The translations under genes and the position numbers were made by a program. DNA of 64,000 nucleotides from an uncultured Winogradskyella sp. (lineage in GTDB: Bacteria; Bacteroidota; Bacteroidia; Flavobacteriales; Flavobacteriaceae): assembly GCA_913061495.1 (NCBI GenBank), contig CAJXVG010000001.1, forward strand, positions 26,286 to 90,285, written 5' to 3'. This document shows, one piece after another, positions 36,659 through 47,478 of this stretch. A model generated the notes under the pieces. It was not told where the DNA came from, did not search any database, and saw only the letters and a program-made list of their open reading frames with translations. Every line of letters starts with the position of its first letter. Positions within the stretch are counted from its first letter, which is position 1.

Positions 36659-39600
36659 ATGGCAAATGATGAAGTATTAATTAAAGTAGCTGCAGACCTT
36701 TCTCAGCTTAAAGAAGATTTTAACAATCAGGAAGCGCTATGGACCAAACACAACCAAGCGGTTAAGGAGGGCGAAAAAGCCATAAAAGACTATGTTAAAA
36801 CTACTGTGGCAGAAAACAAGAAAGTTGACAAGGCCATACAATCAAACATCGATAAAGTTGCAGCTGAAGGAAAGGCGCTCGATGCATTAGAAAAGAAATT
36901 TGAGACACTTGGAAAGAAGAACGAGAAATCATTCGACACCAAAAAAATAGATGATTTCAACAATAAACTTGCTAGTGTATCAAAAAACATAAACAACTTA
37001 GAGCAGTTCGACCTTGATGTTGATGACATTGATTACCTAACAAAAAAACTATCTACAGCACAAGATGATTTCGAGGCACTGAATGTTCTGGTGGATTTCT
37101 TTGAGGGAAAAATGAAATCTTCAGCTTCTTCAGTTGCAGATTCATTTGATGTTATAAAGAAGAAGATAGACGAAACCAAACTAAATATTTCATCAACAGA
37201 AGGATTCATTAAGGAGATTGATAAACGTATAGATAAAACTGCTCCAGGTCTTACACAAGCCTCTTTAATTACAGAGCGTGATGCTGCAGCACAAGCCTTG
37301 AGGGAAGAGAAGGTTGCGTTGGCCGATTATCAATCTCAACTTAAAAAAGCACGTGAAGAAAATGTTTCCATGGCCACACAGCTTAGACGTGTTAAGGACG
37401 AGCTTGTACAGTTGGAAATTGAAGGAAAGCGTGGCGGTGATCGATGGATTGAACTATCGGAAAAAGCTGAAACCTATAACGATGCCATTGCATCCACAAA
37501 TTCTGAATTACGAAGAACGGCTTCTACCACCCAGGGACTTGACAACATTATAGGAGCTGCTACAGGAATTGTAGCAGCTTTCACGGTTGCACAAGGAGCC
37601 ACGGCACTGTTCGGTGAAGAAAATGAAGACCTAGAAAAATCATTGGTTAAAGTCACAGGTGCAATAGCGTTGCTAAATGGGCTTCAGCAGATCCAGACAG
37701 AGCTTTCAAAAAAAGAAACCATTGCGGCCAAAGCACTGACTTTTGTGAGAGCTCAGTATGCATTGGCCACAGATGCAGGTGCAAAATCGACCGTAAGATT
37801 GGCTGCAGCAACAAAGTTATTGGGCATAGGTTTATTGGTTGGTGCACTTGCAGCTATAGTTGTCTATTGGAAAGATATTTCGAAGTTCATAGGAATAATA
37901 AGTGATAAAACGGAAAGGCTTAATGATGTTCAGAAAAAATCAAATGAAATTGCAGGAGATCAGATTGCTAAGCTTTCTATACTTGTAGATCGAGTTAAGG
38001 AAGGGGAACTTTCATTCATTCAGAAAACAGAAGCAGTTGAGAATTATAATAAAGAGTTTGGAAGTACATTAGGTACCGTTAAGAGCTATACCGAGCTTGA
38101 GAAGAAACTCATTGAGCAAGGTGCCGATTATATTGCTTATTTAGGATTGAAGGCAAGAGCAGAAGCCGCTTATCAACTTGCTGTAGAGAAATCAAAGGAA
38201 GCGCTTGAAAAAAGAAATAACACAGAAATTGGTTTAACTGATGTAGCTGTTTCAGCAGGTTCTTTTGTTGGTCAGGCGACAGGTGGGCAATTTTTAACCC
38301 CTGGTGAAGTATCCCAAATTTCAAACAATGTTGATGCCAACGATTTAGAAAATGATTCAAAGGCATTTTTAGAAGAGCAGGAAAAACTACAGGCCGAATT
38401 AGAGAAGTTGGCGAAAAAACTCGGCATAACTATCAAGACCGAAAATAAGGACCTGGTAAAAGAATATGAAAAACTGAGTGATGTACTCGCTTCTTTAATA
38501 GACCAACAGGAAGCTTATAGAATCAATGCGATAGAAAACTCTAGAGAGCGTGAAAAAGAAATCTTAAAGGCACGGTTGAATGATGAGCGAGACAAATACA
38601 AATCTGAAATCGATAACCTGAAGGTTTCAGAAGAAAAAAAGGCAAAACTGAGGGAGGCGTTCAATAAACTTTACAACGAGCAGACAGGTGCAGCTTATGA
38701 GCAATTGAGAAAGGATATTGCCGCAGTTGATAAAAAATATAATGAAGAACTTGAAAGCGTACAATTTAAAGCACTTTCGGCTATAGATGCAATACTGGTT
38801 TCTGAGACCGAGAATGACCGTGAAGCAATACAAGAGCGATGGGATAATATTCGAGATGAGATTGAAGATCAAATTGAGAAGACAAACGACAAATTTAAAA
38901 AAGAAGGACTTCGTGTCGTATTGGATGAAATAGACACGGCCGAATCCAAGGAACTGGAAACCTTTGACAGAGGTGCAGATCTAGATAGGGTTGATAGAGA
39001 AAAGGAAATCGCCCAATCTATACTGGCCATACAGCAGGCCAACATATCAGAGATCATAAATAATGAAGAACTCAAAAGGTTTCAATTACTTAACCTTGAG
39101 CGCGACTACCTAAATGAGATCCTCTCTACATATCAAGATTCATTTGATAGTTTGGAAGACCAGGGGTTGTTCAATGAATTGGTAGACACCCTGGTGAACA
39201 GTTTGGATTCAGACGAGATACTTGAAGCCGGAAACAAGCTGAAGGAAGCGTTTGGAGAGGACATTGCAAAAGAGGTATTGCAAACCGTAGGTGCACTTAA
39301 AGAAGTCGGGAACGAGATAGATGAGATTGCTAAAAAGTCTGGTTCAGAAATAGGAAGTGAGATTGCGCAAGCGTTTGGTTCTATAGAAGGTTTTGCAAAA
39401 AAACTTGGAGAAACATTAGGTATAGAAGGGGAAAAATTAAATGAATTCATACAAGCTTTTGCTGATTTTGCAATAGTAACATACGATTCTATTAAACAAA
39501 TTGCCGAACTCGAAGTTCAAGAGAGACAAGCTAAAGTAAATGCTATTGAAGAAGAAATTGATTCTGTAGAGGATGAGCTTGAACGCGAACAACAGTTATA

Positions 39601-40417
39601 TGAAGACGGATATGCCAATAATTATGATGCTCGAAAAGAAGACCTAGAAGATCTAAAGGCAAGAAAAAAAGAGGAGGAAGAAGAGCTTCAAAAAGCACAA
39701 AAAAGACGTGCTGCATTTCAAAAAGCTGAATTTTTAATCCAAACAGCTGAGCAATTAGGAAACCTAATTACTTCTGCAACAAACATTTTTAGAGTAGCAA
39801 CTAGTCTTTTAGGACCTTTTGGAGTTCCTGTAGCTATAGCAGCTATTGGTACAATGTTCGGTGCATTTGCCGTTGCAAAAACCAAAGCTTTCCAAGCTAT
39901 TGGAGATGGAGGTGGCCAAAGCTTTAGGAGAGGACTTGGAGAAGGGGCATTAAGCTTATCGGGACCAAGACACGAAGAAAAAGGGTTTGGTCTATACAAT
40001 TCTAAAACTGGTGAACGTGTAGCGGAGTTTGAAGACGGTGAGGATGTTCTTGTGGTAAACAGAAGCCAAAAGAAAAAATACAAGCATATTATCGATGCTT
40101 TAATTGCAGATGCACAAGGTCGATCAAACATAGATTCTACTTTGGAAAGCCATTACCATGTTCCATCAGTTGGTAGGGAGTCACTTAAAGTAATTAAGCG
40201 CGTTAATGAAATTACAGTTAAATCTCAAAGAAACAAGGAAGAGGCTTCTAATAACGATACTAAACTTTTAGAACAAATAACAAAGTTTAGGGAAGAATTT
40301 AAAGATGAATTCAAGGGCCACAGAAATGAACGTGATGATGAAATCAAAGCCTGGGAAACAAAGGAGTTCTTTTATGTTAAAAAAGGCAACAAAACCAAAA
40401 AGTACCGGAAAGAATGA
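36659..40417 (+). CDS. tail tape measure protein
   Basis: 1252 aa, long coiled coils, internal hydrophobic segments. Lies directly after the chaperone pair. Confidence 0.85.
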   Translation: MANDEVLIKVAADLSQLKEDFNNQEALWTKHNQAVKEGEKAIKDYVKTTVAENKKVDKAIQSNIDKVAAEGKALDALEKKFETLGKKNEKSFDTKKIDDFNNKLASVSKNINNLEQFDLDVDDIDYLTKKLSTAQDDFEALNVLVDFFEGKMKSSASSVADSFDVIKKKIDETKLNISSTEGFIKEIDKRIDKTAPGLTQASLITERDAAAQALREEKVALADYQSQLKKAREENVSMATQLRRVKDELVQLEIEGKRGGDRWIELSEKAETYNDAIASTNSELRRTASTTQGLDNIIGAATGIVAAFTVAQGATALFGEENEDLEKSLVKVTGAIALLNGLQQIQTELSKKETIAAKALTFVRAQYALATDAGAKSTVRLAAATKLLGIGLLVGALAAIVVYWKDISKFIGIISDKTERLNDVQKKSNEIAGDQIAKLSILVDRVKEGELSFIQKTEAVENYNKEFGSTLGTVKSYTELEKKLIEQGADYIAYLGLKARAEAAYQLAVEKSKEALEKRNNTEIGLTDVAVSAGSFVGQATGGQFLTPGEVSQISNNVDANDLENDSKAFLEEQEKLQAELEKLAKKLGITIKTENKDLVKEYEKLSDVLASLIDQQEAYRINAIENSREREKEILKARLNDERDKYKSEIDNLKVSEEKKAKLREAFNKLYNEQTGAAYEQLRKDIAAVDKKYNEELESVQFKALSAIDAILVSETENDREAIQERWDNIRDEIEDQIEKTNDKFKKEGLRVVLDEIDTAESKELETFDRGADLDRVDREKEIAQSILAIQQANISEIINNEELKRFQLLNLERDYLNEILSTYQDSFDSLEDQGLFNELVDTLVNSLDSDEILEAGNKLKEAFGEDIAKEVLQTVGALKEVGNEIDEIAKKSGSEIGSEIAQAFGSIEGFAKKLGETLGIEGEKLNEFIQAFADFAIVTYDSIKQIAELEVQERQAKVNAIEEEIDSVEDELEREQQLYEDGYANNYDARKEDLEDLKARKKEEEEELQKAQKRRAAFQKAEFLIQTAEQLGNLITSATNIFRVATSLLGPFGVPVAIAAIGTMFGAFAVAKTKAFQAIGDGGGQSFRRGLGEGALSLSGPRHEEKGFGLYNSKTGERVAEFEDGEDVLVVNRSQKKKYKHIIDALIADAQGRSNIDSTLESHYHVPSVGRESLKVIKRVNEITVKSQRNKEEASNNDTKLLEQITKFREEFKDEFKGHRNERDDEIKAWETKEFFYVKKGNKTKKYRKE

Positions 40418-42207
40418 AAATCATATACAGAATATCATCTGGGTTTAACTTAAATGAAAACTATAGGGATGTAACTCCATATTCCGGCAAGGATCTAAAA
40501 TTGACATGGAACAGGGAAGATGAGCGTCGTTACGATTTTAAAAAAGAACTTAAGGAGATTACGCTTTTACGTGATGATTACCGTCACTTCTTAGCCTTAG
40601 AAACCTCTCAGGACAGATGTGACCTACAGACGTTGAGTGTCTATTTGGATTGTAATGGCAATGAGCAAGATTATTTTCTTTTGTTTCGTGGTACTTTCAG
40701 TATGAGCAATGGCCAATGGGATTTGGATAGGTGCACCGTTAAATTTGAATTAGAGCCTAAGGATCCCTATAAATGTATTGAAGAGAATGATGAAGATGAA
40801 AACATCTTAGGTTATGATATTCCACGCAAAGCTAAGCTACGCCTAAAGTTTGGTAATGAAGCATATCTATGTTTAGCGGCTGGGGGAAGTGATGATATAC
40901 CTGATTGTAGTGAGCAATTTATTGAACAAGGTAAATGGACTTTTATAAAGAAAAGACATATTTTTCAAGATTTTGATGAATTTGGGATCGCTTTTTTATA
41001 CGCCAGGCATTATCTAGTTTGTGATTGCAATTATGAGCCTTCTTCAGAATGGACGTTATTAGAAGAATGTGAAGAAGGAGAAAAAAAATACGTAAAACCA
41101 ATAGTTGGTAACCCCGAAAACATTGCTGATGTAAACGACAGGGGCGATATCATTATTTTTGAAGAAGAAACCATTCAAGAGATAGATAATGGTAGAAAGC
41201 TTCACGAGGTGATGGAAGGACTTCTTTTTTCTTCATGTAACAATCTAAACCTAAATATTGTATCCGATTTCTTTCAGTGGAATCCAGAAAACGTATCGGA
41301 TATAAATTACGTTACAGGTGAATTGAACAAACTGACCAATATTCTTATTTTCCAAAAATCAGATGTAAAAAGACCTTATACCTCAAATAACGCAACAAAA
41401 GGCGAAACTAATTTTATTGACTTACTTGAACAAATTATTGAAATGTTTAATCTAGGTTACAAAATGATTGGAAACAACATTTTAAGAATTGAACATATCA
41501 GTTGGTTTGAAACTGATTTGGGTATCAATCTTATGGCTATCGATAAAAAGCGATTGTTAAGAGGTACAAAAAAATATAGTTATGATAAGACAAAACTCCC
41601 CAAATATGAGAAGTTTGAATTTATGGAAGCAGGATCAGAAGATTTTGTGGGCAGCGACATTGTATACGACTCTAATTGCGTTAACAACAACCAGGAAAGC
41701 AAGTCCGAAATAAAAGTTGATAATATCACAACTGATATAATGTACTGCATGGAAAACCCAGATCCAGATGGTGAAGTTTCTGATGACGGGTTTGTACTGA
41801 TCGCATGCGACCAAAATTATAACGTGTTTTATGAGGACGGAATCCTCACCAATAACACGGTTGTCAACAATGTCTTGAGTTGGGCCCATCTTCACCGTGA
41901 TTTTTGGAAACATGGCAGGGTTCTAAGGGAAGGTACGATCAATGGCCAACCAATAGAATTTGAAACCATAGTGCCAACAATAAAGCAGGATCAGTTCAGT
42001 GTGGTTATGGACTGTAAATATCTAAAGCTTTTTGATCCCCTCGATAAACTTAACGGTTCTTTGGGATGGGGTTTTCTCTCTTCTGCAGAACTTCAACTTT
42101 CAAAGTGCAGCATGAGTATTGAATTACTTTTGGATACCATTGAACAAACAACATATGAGGAAATATTAGGGGATTTTGATTCTGATTTTTCTGATGAATT
42201 TGACTAA
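40414..42207 (+). CDS. distal tail / baseplate protein candidate
   Basis: ATGA-coupled to the tape measure. Positional call. Confidence 0.45.
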   Translation: MKIIYRISSGFNLNENYRDVTPYSGKDLKLTWNREDERRYDFKKELKEITLLRDDYRHFLALETSQDRCDLQTLSVYLDCNGNEQDYFLLFRGTFSMSNGQWDLDRCTVKFELEPKDPYKCIEENDEDENILGYDIPRKAKLRLKFGNEAYLCLAAGGSDDIPDCSEQFIEQGKWTFIKKRHIFQDFDEFGIAFLYARHYLVCDCNYEPSSEWTLLEECEEGEKKYVKPIVGNPENIADVNDRGDIIIFEEETIQEIDNGRKLHEVMEGLLFSSCNNLNLNIVSDFFQWNPENVSDINYVTGELNKLTNILIFQKSDVKRPYTSNNATKGETNFIDLLEQIIEMFNLGYKMIGNNILRIEHISWFETDLGINLMAIDKKRLLRGTKKYSYDKTKLPKYEKFEFMEAGSEDFVGSDIVYDSNCVNNNQESKSEIKVDNITTDIMYCMENPDPDGEVSDDGFVLIACDQNYNVFYEDGILTNNTVVNNVLSWAHLHRDFWKHGRVLREGTINGQPIEFETIVPTIKQDQFSVVMDCKYLKLFDPLDKLNGSLGWGFLSSAELQLSKCSMSIELLLDTIEQTTYEEILGDFDSDFSDEFD

Positions 42208-42217
42208 TTAAAATATT

Positions 42218-43780
42218 ATGAGCTTTTACAACAAACAAAAAAATCCATTTCCTTTTTATGAACTTGAGGGAGATGTATGGACGAACACTAAACCAAAATG
42301 GCACAAAAACAATTGCAATGGCTGTTGTTATGAGCATAAAGTTTTAGTGGGCAATCATTATTTTCAACTACCTGTAAACAACGAAATATTAAGCTACAGT
42401 GAGGTAAATAGTATTCAACTAAGAAAAGTTTCTGATAATGTAGTGATAGAGGATTTAGAATTTCAAGCAACGGTTATTTCAGATTCGCAGGGAAATAAAT
42501 ATTTAAGTATTAGACTAAATATCATTCAAGATTATGTAGGTGATGAATATTATTTAGCCGTATCCACAGAATATGGAAGCTACTATTCAGAGACGTTTTG
42601 TGTTTCACAATTAAACAAAGATTATATTGGAATAGAGTGGGCTTCGACCAACGGTAAAGTTGGTGAAATGGTGTACCTCAATGATTTTAAACACTCGATT
42701 AATATTGAGGCTAAAATAGTGAGTTCTGAGCCTGAAATCGAAGAAGAAACGGAAGAAGATGGTTTTGGTAATGAAGTACCGACATTACAAATATTAAAAC
42801 AAGGACATGAGCTGTCTTTTGTGGTGCCAAATTTTATTGCCCAGGCATTATCGGCCATACCTCTTCATGATAAAATAAATTTTATAAATAGACGAATAGG
42901 AGAAATTACTCAAGAACTAGAAGTGAAGAATAAATATGTAGAGCTAAAAATAACACCGGAAAAAGATGGTTGTAATTCTTACATAGAAATAAATTTTATT
43001 GACGAACTTATTGTGTCAACTTCATGTAAAGAAGAAATCACAGCCTTTAATAACCCACCTATTGTTGATATAGTATGGGATGACACAGGAACTCAAGAAA
43101 GTAGGTCATGCAATACCGAAGAAGGGTGTACAGAAACTTTAAGAAAATCAGATCTTACTATGGATCCAGACGGTAACTTGGATTCTATTATATGGCAAAA
43201 AAAATTGCCTGGATCAACAATATGGACAGATCTCGAATCTGGTGATACCATTGATATTGAAGAAACAGATACTGGTACTTATCAATATCGACTTAAGGCT
43301 ATCGATACAGAAGGTTTGATTGGGTATTCTAATATTTTGGCCTATCGAGTCCTTACACTTAGTGAGTCCACTTCTCCACAAATAATAGAGTTGGACTCTT
43401 ATGTTTCTCAATGCTCATCTTCGGGAGGTACTGTTAAAACATTTGATATATCAGCAGCATCAAATCAAACAGTTAGAGGAAAAATACAAGTGGTTGCTTA
43501 TTATGGCAGCGGTTTTGTATTAAAAATATTTGACAACACAACTGGCAACGAATTAAATGAATTGTTCAATTGGGATGGAGGACCTATTGGAGCAGAAACA
43601 CACTTTGATTTTGTGCTCGATAGTTCAGGAATGGGTAAATATAGAATGGAACTTTGCCTAAATGAATGTGGTGCAGCAGGATATTACACTGGTGCTATAA
43701 AGATGAATCTTTTAGATGTTGATAACATATCCGAAATTGATCAAGAATTAACACTCAGTAGATATTTTAATTGCCAATAA
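42218..43780 (+). CDS. tail tip protein candidate with PKD/Ig-like segment
   Basis: DPDGNLDSIIWQKK...TGTYQYRLKAIDTEG resembles a PKD-type Ig domain. Confidence 0.45.
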   Translation: MSFYNKQKNPFPFYELEGDVWTNTKPKWHKNNCNGCCYEHKVLVGNHYFQLPVNNEILSYSEVNSIQLRKVSDNVVIEDLEFQATVISDSQGNKYLSIRLNIIQDYVGDEYYLAVSTEYGSYYSETFCVSQLNKDYIGIEWASTNGKVGEMVYLNDFKHSINIEAKIVSSEPEIEEETEEDGFGNEVPTLQILKQGHELSFVVPNFIAQALSAIPLHDKINFINRRIGEITQELEVKNKYVELKITPEKDGCNSYIEINFIDELIVSTSCKEEITAFNNPPIVDIVWDDTGTQESRSCNTEEGCTETLRKSDLTMDPDGNLDSIIWQKKLPGSTIWTDLESGDTIDIEETDTGTYQYRLKAIDTEGLIGYSNILAYRVLTLSESTSPQIIELDSYVSQCSSSGGTVKTFDISAASNQTVRGKIQVVAYYGSGFVLKIFDNTTGNELNELFNWDGGPIGAETHFDFVLDSSGMGKYRMELCLNECGAAGYYTGAIKMNLLDVDNISEIDQELTLSRYFNCQ

Positions 43781-43809
43781 AGAAATTTATAAGTTCTTTT
43801 TTATTTTTG
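43779..43809. repeat. AT hairpin element, copy 3, between convergent stop codons
   Basis: On the minus strand AAAAAAGAACTTATAAATTTCTTT is identical over 24 nt to copy 2. A TATTTTTG box at 43802-43809 (+) points into terL antisense. Confidence 0.5.
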
Positions 43810-45327
43810 ATAGTAGTCGTCGAGAAGTTCACAGATTAAATATTCTAGGGCATCAGAAGTGTGTCCGTATTTCTCGTACTTCTCACCTGTATCTGGGTCT
43901 TTTTCCTTTTCCTTTAGCTTGCCATCAAGGCCTTCCTTCAACCACTGCATATCTGCAATAAGATTTTTGCAACTAGGGTCTATAATTAAAACGACAGTAT
44001 ATTCAACGTTTCCATAAGGCACTTTCAGTTTAAGTTCCAAAACCCTATCAACAAAATCACGCCGGTTTAAAACATTCTTGTTTTTCTTAGGCACCTTATC
44101 TGAAGAGCTGCTGATGTAGGGTGTCAATATTTCTCTAACCGTATCAAATTGCGTATGGTCCCCACTTCCTGCCTGTCTGTAATCTCCAGATGCATCACCA
44201 TAGAACAATACAAAAGGATCATAAATACCATAATCATCAACAAAATGTTCAGTTACTGCCCTTGTTGAATTGTGTGGACTAGCAAGACAATACTCTTTGA
44301 AAATACGAATCTGAAATTCAAAAGCATTTCTGTCATACTCTGTTTGTGAGGCCAGTAAGGTCATATATGGCTTCGCATTGAAGTCATAGGTCAGACTGAT
44401 TGGAAGCTCTGGTTTATAAACAACAGGTCTTACGTGTTCTGATTTGGTGAATTTTTTAAAGAAAGAACTTCCGGAACGTCCAAACGGAAAACCGTAAATG
44501 TATTTGAGTCCCTCGTTTTCAGAAAGGTTCGATAGCCTTATGTCTATGTAATTATCTGGTAAATGGTGTTCATTCCAATAGGTAGAATAAATACAAACGG
44601 CTTTATTTTCTATTTCGTGATAATAGAAACGCTCAGGATCAGTGACACTTTCCTCTATTTCCTTTTCATATTCTTGAAGTTCAAACATATCGGTCAACCA
44701 CTTCACGACTCCTACAGCTGGAGACGTATTTATGCAACATGGGTTGAAAGGCGTGAATCCCGTATGGTCTTGGTTATCTTCTAGATAAATAATCTGCAGT
44801 GTTTGATCATTATAAAATAATCCAGGCTGAGAAAGCCTGGCAAGGATTACTGCCTTCAGTGCTTCCTCTTTCGTGTCCTTTGTCTCATCCAATTCAGCCC
44901 ATCCGATTTCCTTTCCATCGTGGGCCATATAGTTATCCAATGAGGCCTTGAATATGATAGCACCGTTTAAGAAACTAACAATCCCTTTATAATTATCGAA
45001 CTCATGAATCTTTTTGAAATGTCCGGGCGGTTTTTTATCGATAACATAATGTCCATGTGGATTTCCCTTTGCATCATATTCAGTAAGGTTAAAGTTCTGC
45101 TGCCATACTTTTCTAACTGCAACCATTGTAGATTGTGTGAGCTGCATATAAGTATTGGCGGCAATCATGCCTTTTATTTTTGGTGCATTAAGGACATAGA
45201 ATCCAGATTTGATTCCGATAAGGTGTGATTTCCCTGCTCTTTGTCCGGCCATATTAAGTGTCAATGGCCTCCTTGATTGATAGACTTTTAGTTGCGGAGT
45301 ATGTAGTTTAATAATGTGATCATCCAT
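43801..45327 (-). CDS. terminase large subunit
   Basis: Walker A GQRAGKS, Walker B-like WAELDE, and a C-terminal nuclease-like region IIDPSCKN / HTSDALEY. Confidence 0.8.
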   Translation of the reverse strand: MDDHIIKLHTPQLKVYQSRRPLTLNMAGQRAGKSHLIGIKSGFYVLNAPKIKGMIAANTYMQLTQSTMVAVRKVWQQNFNLTEYDAKGNPHGHYVIDKKPPGHFKKIHEFDNYKGIVSFLNGAIIFKASLDNYMAHDGKEIGWAELDETKDTKEEALKAVILARLSQPGLFYNDQTLQIIYLEDNQDHTGFTPFNPCCINTSPAVGVVKWLTDMFELQEYEKEIEESVTDPERFYYHEIENKAVCIYSTYWNEHHLPDNYIDIRLSNLSENEGLKYIYGFPFGRSGSSFFKKFTKSEHVRPVVYKPELPISLTYDFNAKPYMTLLASQTEYDRNAFEFQIRIFKEYCLASPHNSTRAVTEHFVDDYGIYDPFVLFYGDASGDYRQAGSGDHTQFDTVREILTPYISSSSDKVPKKNKNVLNRRDFVDRVLELKLKVPYGNVEYTVVLIIDPSCKNLIADMQWLKEGLDGKLKEKEKDPDTGEKYEKYGHTSDALEYLICELLDDYYQK

Positions 45328-45730
45328 TATATTCTTGGATAATTACAGTTCGTGGTGACATTGGTTCAATTTTTTCACCTCCAGAAGTTACATCAACACG
45401 TTTAACGGAATAAGGCTCCAATCTTATGATTTGTTTTTCTACAGCCATGATTGCTCTTATACCTGCAGGTGTCCCCTTATAATCCTTTTTCAGACTTCTT
45501 TTAAGCTGTTGAAGCTCTGCGATCTTGGCCTGTCTTCTGGTTTCCATATCGATTTCAGCATCAGTCTTCCATGATTTATAGGCATCAGCAATATATCGCT
45601 TGGCCTGTCTTGTGCTTATTCCCCATTCGTTGCGCATCTGCTTGCGCATGAAGTCTTCCTGGACACCATCAATGATCCAACCTTGAACTGTTAAAATTCT
45701 CTTTTCTTTTGTAACCTTGCTTACTCTCAT
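45320..45730 (-). CDS. terminase small subunit candidate
   Basis: 136 aa, overlaps the terL start, HTH-like WGISTRQAKRYIADA. Confidence 0.45.
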   Translation of the reverse strand: MRVSKVTKEKRILTVQGWIIDGVQEDFMRKQMRNEWGISTRQAKRYIADAYKSWKTDAEIDMETRRQAKIAELQQLKRSLKKDYKGTPAGIRAIMAVEKQIIRLEPYSVKRVDVTSGGEKIEPMSPRTVIIQEYNG

Positions 45731-45966
45731 CCATTCGGGTACATGCGCTTTATAACTTCAATATGCCTTTTAAGTTCGAAAATACGGTCATTCAGTTTTA
45801 TCCGCTCTCGCTCTCTCATGATTCGGATTTCACTTTCATCATCCTGAGCAATTATACTGTTATCATAAGCCCTAAGTGCATCTTCATTAATGCCCTTCTC
45901 AGTCTCCAAGTAATCAATAATAGTATCTCTCATTTCGATAAGTATATTATAATCTTTTTTTGACAT
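45727..45966 (-). CDS. hypothetical protein
   Basis: Coupled ORF only. Confidence 0.4.
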   Translation of the reverse strand: MSKKDYNILIEMRDTIIDYLETEKGINEDALRAYDNSIIAQDDESEIRIMRERERIKLNDRIFELKRHIEVIKRMYPNG

Positions 45967-47401
45967 CCGTAAAATCGTTTAATGTTAGACTTCCATTCTC
46001 ATGGGTAAAACTAACATTAATTCCACGCTTTTCGCAATAATTCAAATATCTGATGATTGTACTTTGAACGAATTTTGGTTCTATTTCTGTAAACCTACCT
46101 TTTCTGTTGGTGTGTTCACAAGCTATCATACAAGTACCAGAACCCAAGAACCAATCAATCACGATGTCTTTAGGGTTCGTGGTATCAAGTATTGAATCAG
46201 CTATCATAACCACTGGCTTAGGTGTAGGATGATTTTCCAATTGATAACGATCTGGATTAGCTCTTGATACAGCAGATGGATAGTTCCAAACATTGGAACG
46301 TATCCTATCCTTCAACTGAAGATGTGAAAGGTGTTTAGCCTTGTCACCGTTCTTGAAAATATAACACCATTCGTTATTGTCTTTATAGAACTCACCTCCC
46401 TGATCAACTATATCCTTATTCCACAGTGCCTTGGCTCGTTCATCAGAAAACAAGAAACACATTTCGTGCTTGGCCCTGTAAAAAGAACCGTTGGCCATCA
46501 TGTCCTTGTTCCAAACACAAACTTGTTTTGGTTGTGGATTTTTATAGATAAGTCGAGCAGCTTCGGTCATGTGCCATGCATGTCTGAAATCCATAAAAAT
46601 ATAGTGGATTGCACCAGGCATTGAATTGTCAACTGAGGTTTGCATAATAAGTGCCAAGAACTTTACAAACTCATCATCTGTCATTTCCCCTGCTCCTTCA
46701 GCAAAATCCTCATGTTTCTTTTCGTTCTTGTTGGTAAAGAAGTTTGCTGGCAGATTGTACGGTGGATCACAGTTAACGATCCTAGCTTTATCATCCTTCA
46801 TCAGTTCCTTCACCTTTGAAACATCCTTGAAAGAACCACATAATATCCGATGGTCATTTATTTGAAATATATCACCAGGCTTTATAATCACATTTTCATC
46901 TACATAGACATGATCCTCTTCTGCTGATTCCACATCAACCAAATCGAATTGTTGCTCGAAGCGTTCCATTGAAAACTCAGGAATATTTATCGAAGTATCG
47001 ACTTCACTAATATCAATATCAAACTTGGAAACAAAATCAAACAATCCCTGATTGGTAATTTTAGCATAGTGGGATGAATAAATAAGAACCAACTCTGCAG
47101 CTTCTTTTAGATCACTGCAGTCTAAGAATGTCGCTGGCAATTGTTTTGGCACATCCACACCGGAATCGATAAGGTTTTTCAAATCCATGAATCGGTGTTT
47201 ACCATCAAGGCAATATAACTTTCCGTCACTCTCCCAAACTTTAAACGGATCCACAAATTGATATTTCAATAACGAAGCTTGAAGCTTTTCATCACCAGAT
47301 GGAATCCACTCCTTAAAATTTTTCTGTTGGATGAATTGAAGTGACTGCCATTCGATTGGTTTAGTTTTAAGTACTCTAGAAGTTAGGATTTGTTCAGACA
47401 T
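45947..47401 (-). CDS. ParB-like domain fused to N4/N6 DNA methyltransferase
   Basis: N-terminal CLDGKHR ParB core, motif IV NCDPPYN, and AdoMet motif DWFLGSGT. Confidence 0.8.
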   Translation of the reverse strand: MSEQILTSRVLKTKPIEWQSLQFIQQKNFKEWIPSGDEKLQASLLKYQFVDPFKVWESDGKLYCLDGKHRFMDLKNLIDSGVDVPKQLPATFLDCSDLKEAAELVLIYSSHYAKITNQGLFDFVSKFDIDISEVDTSINIPEFSMERFEQQFDLVDVESAEEDHVYVDENVIIKPGDIFQINDHRILCGSFKDVSKVKELMKDDKARIVNCDPPYNLPANFFTNKNEKKHEDFAEGAGEMTDDEFVKFLALIMQTSVDNSMPGAIHYIFMDFRHAWHMTEAARLIYKNPQPKQVCVWNKDMMANGSFYRAKHEMCFLFSDERAKALWNKDIVDQGGEFYKDNNEWCYIFKNGDKAKHLSHLQLKDRIRSNVWNYPSAVSRANPDRYQLENHPTPKPVVMIADSILDTTNPKDIVIDWFLGSGTCMIACEHTNRKGRFTEIEPKFVQSTIIRYLNYCEKRGINVSFTHENGSLTLNDFTDVKKRL

Positions 47402-47435
47402 TTATTTTGTGATTATAGGACATAGAATGACATTA

Positions 47436-47478
47436 CAAACTTACAAAAAAGAACTATATGGTTTCTTTTTTAGATGTA
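47436..47478. promoter_or_regulatory. AT hairpin element, copy 4, with minus-strand -7 box TAAGTTTG
   Basis: Arms at 47446-47453 / 47463-47470 with loop CTATATGGT. The box at 47436-47443 (-) lies 34 nt upstream of the methylase ATG. Confidence 0.5.
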
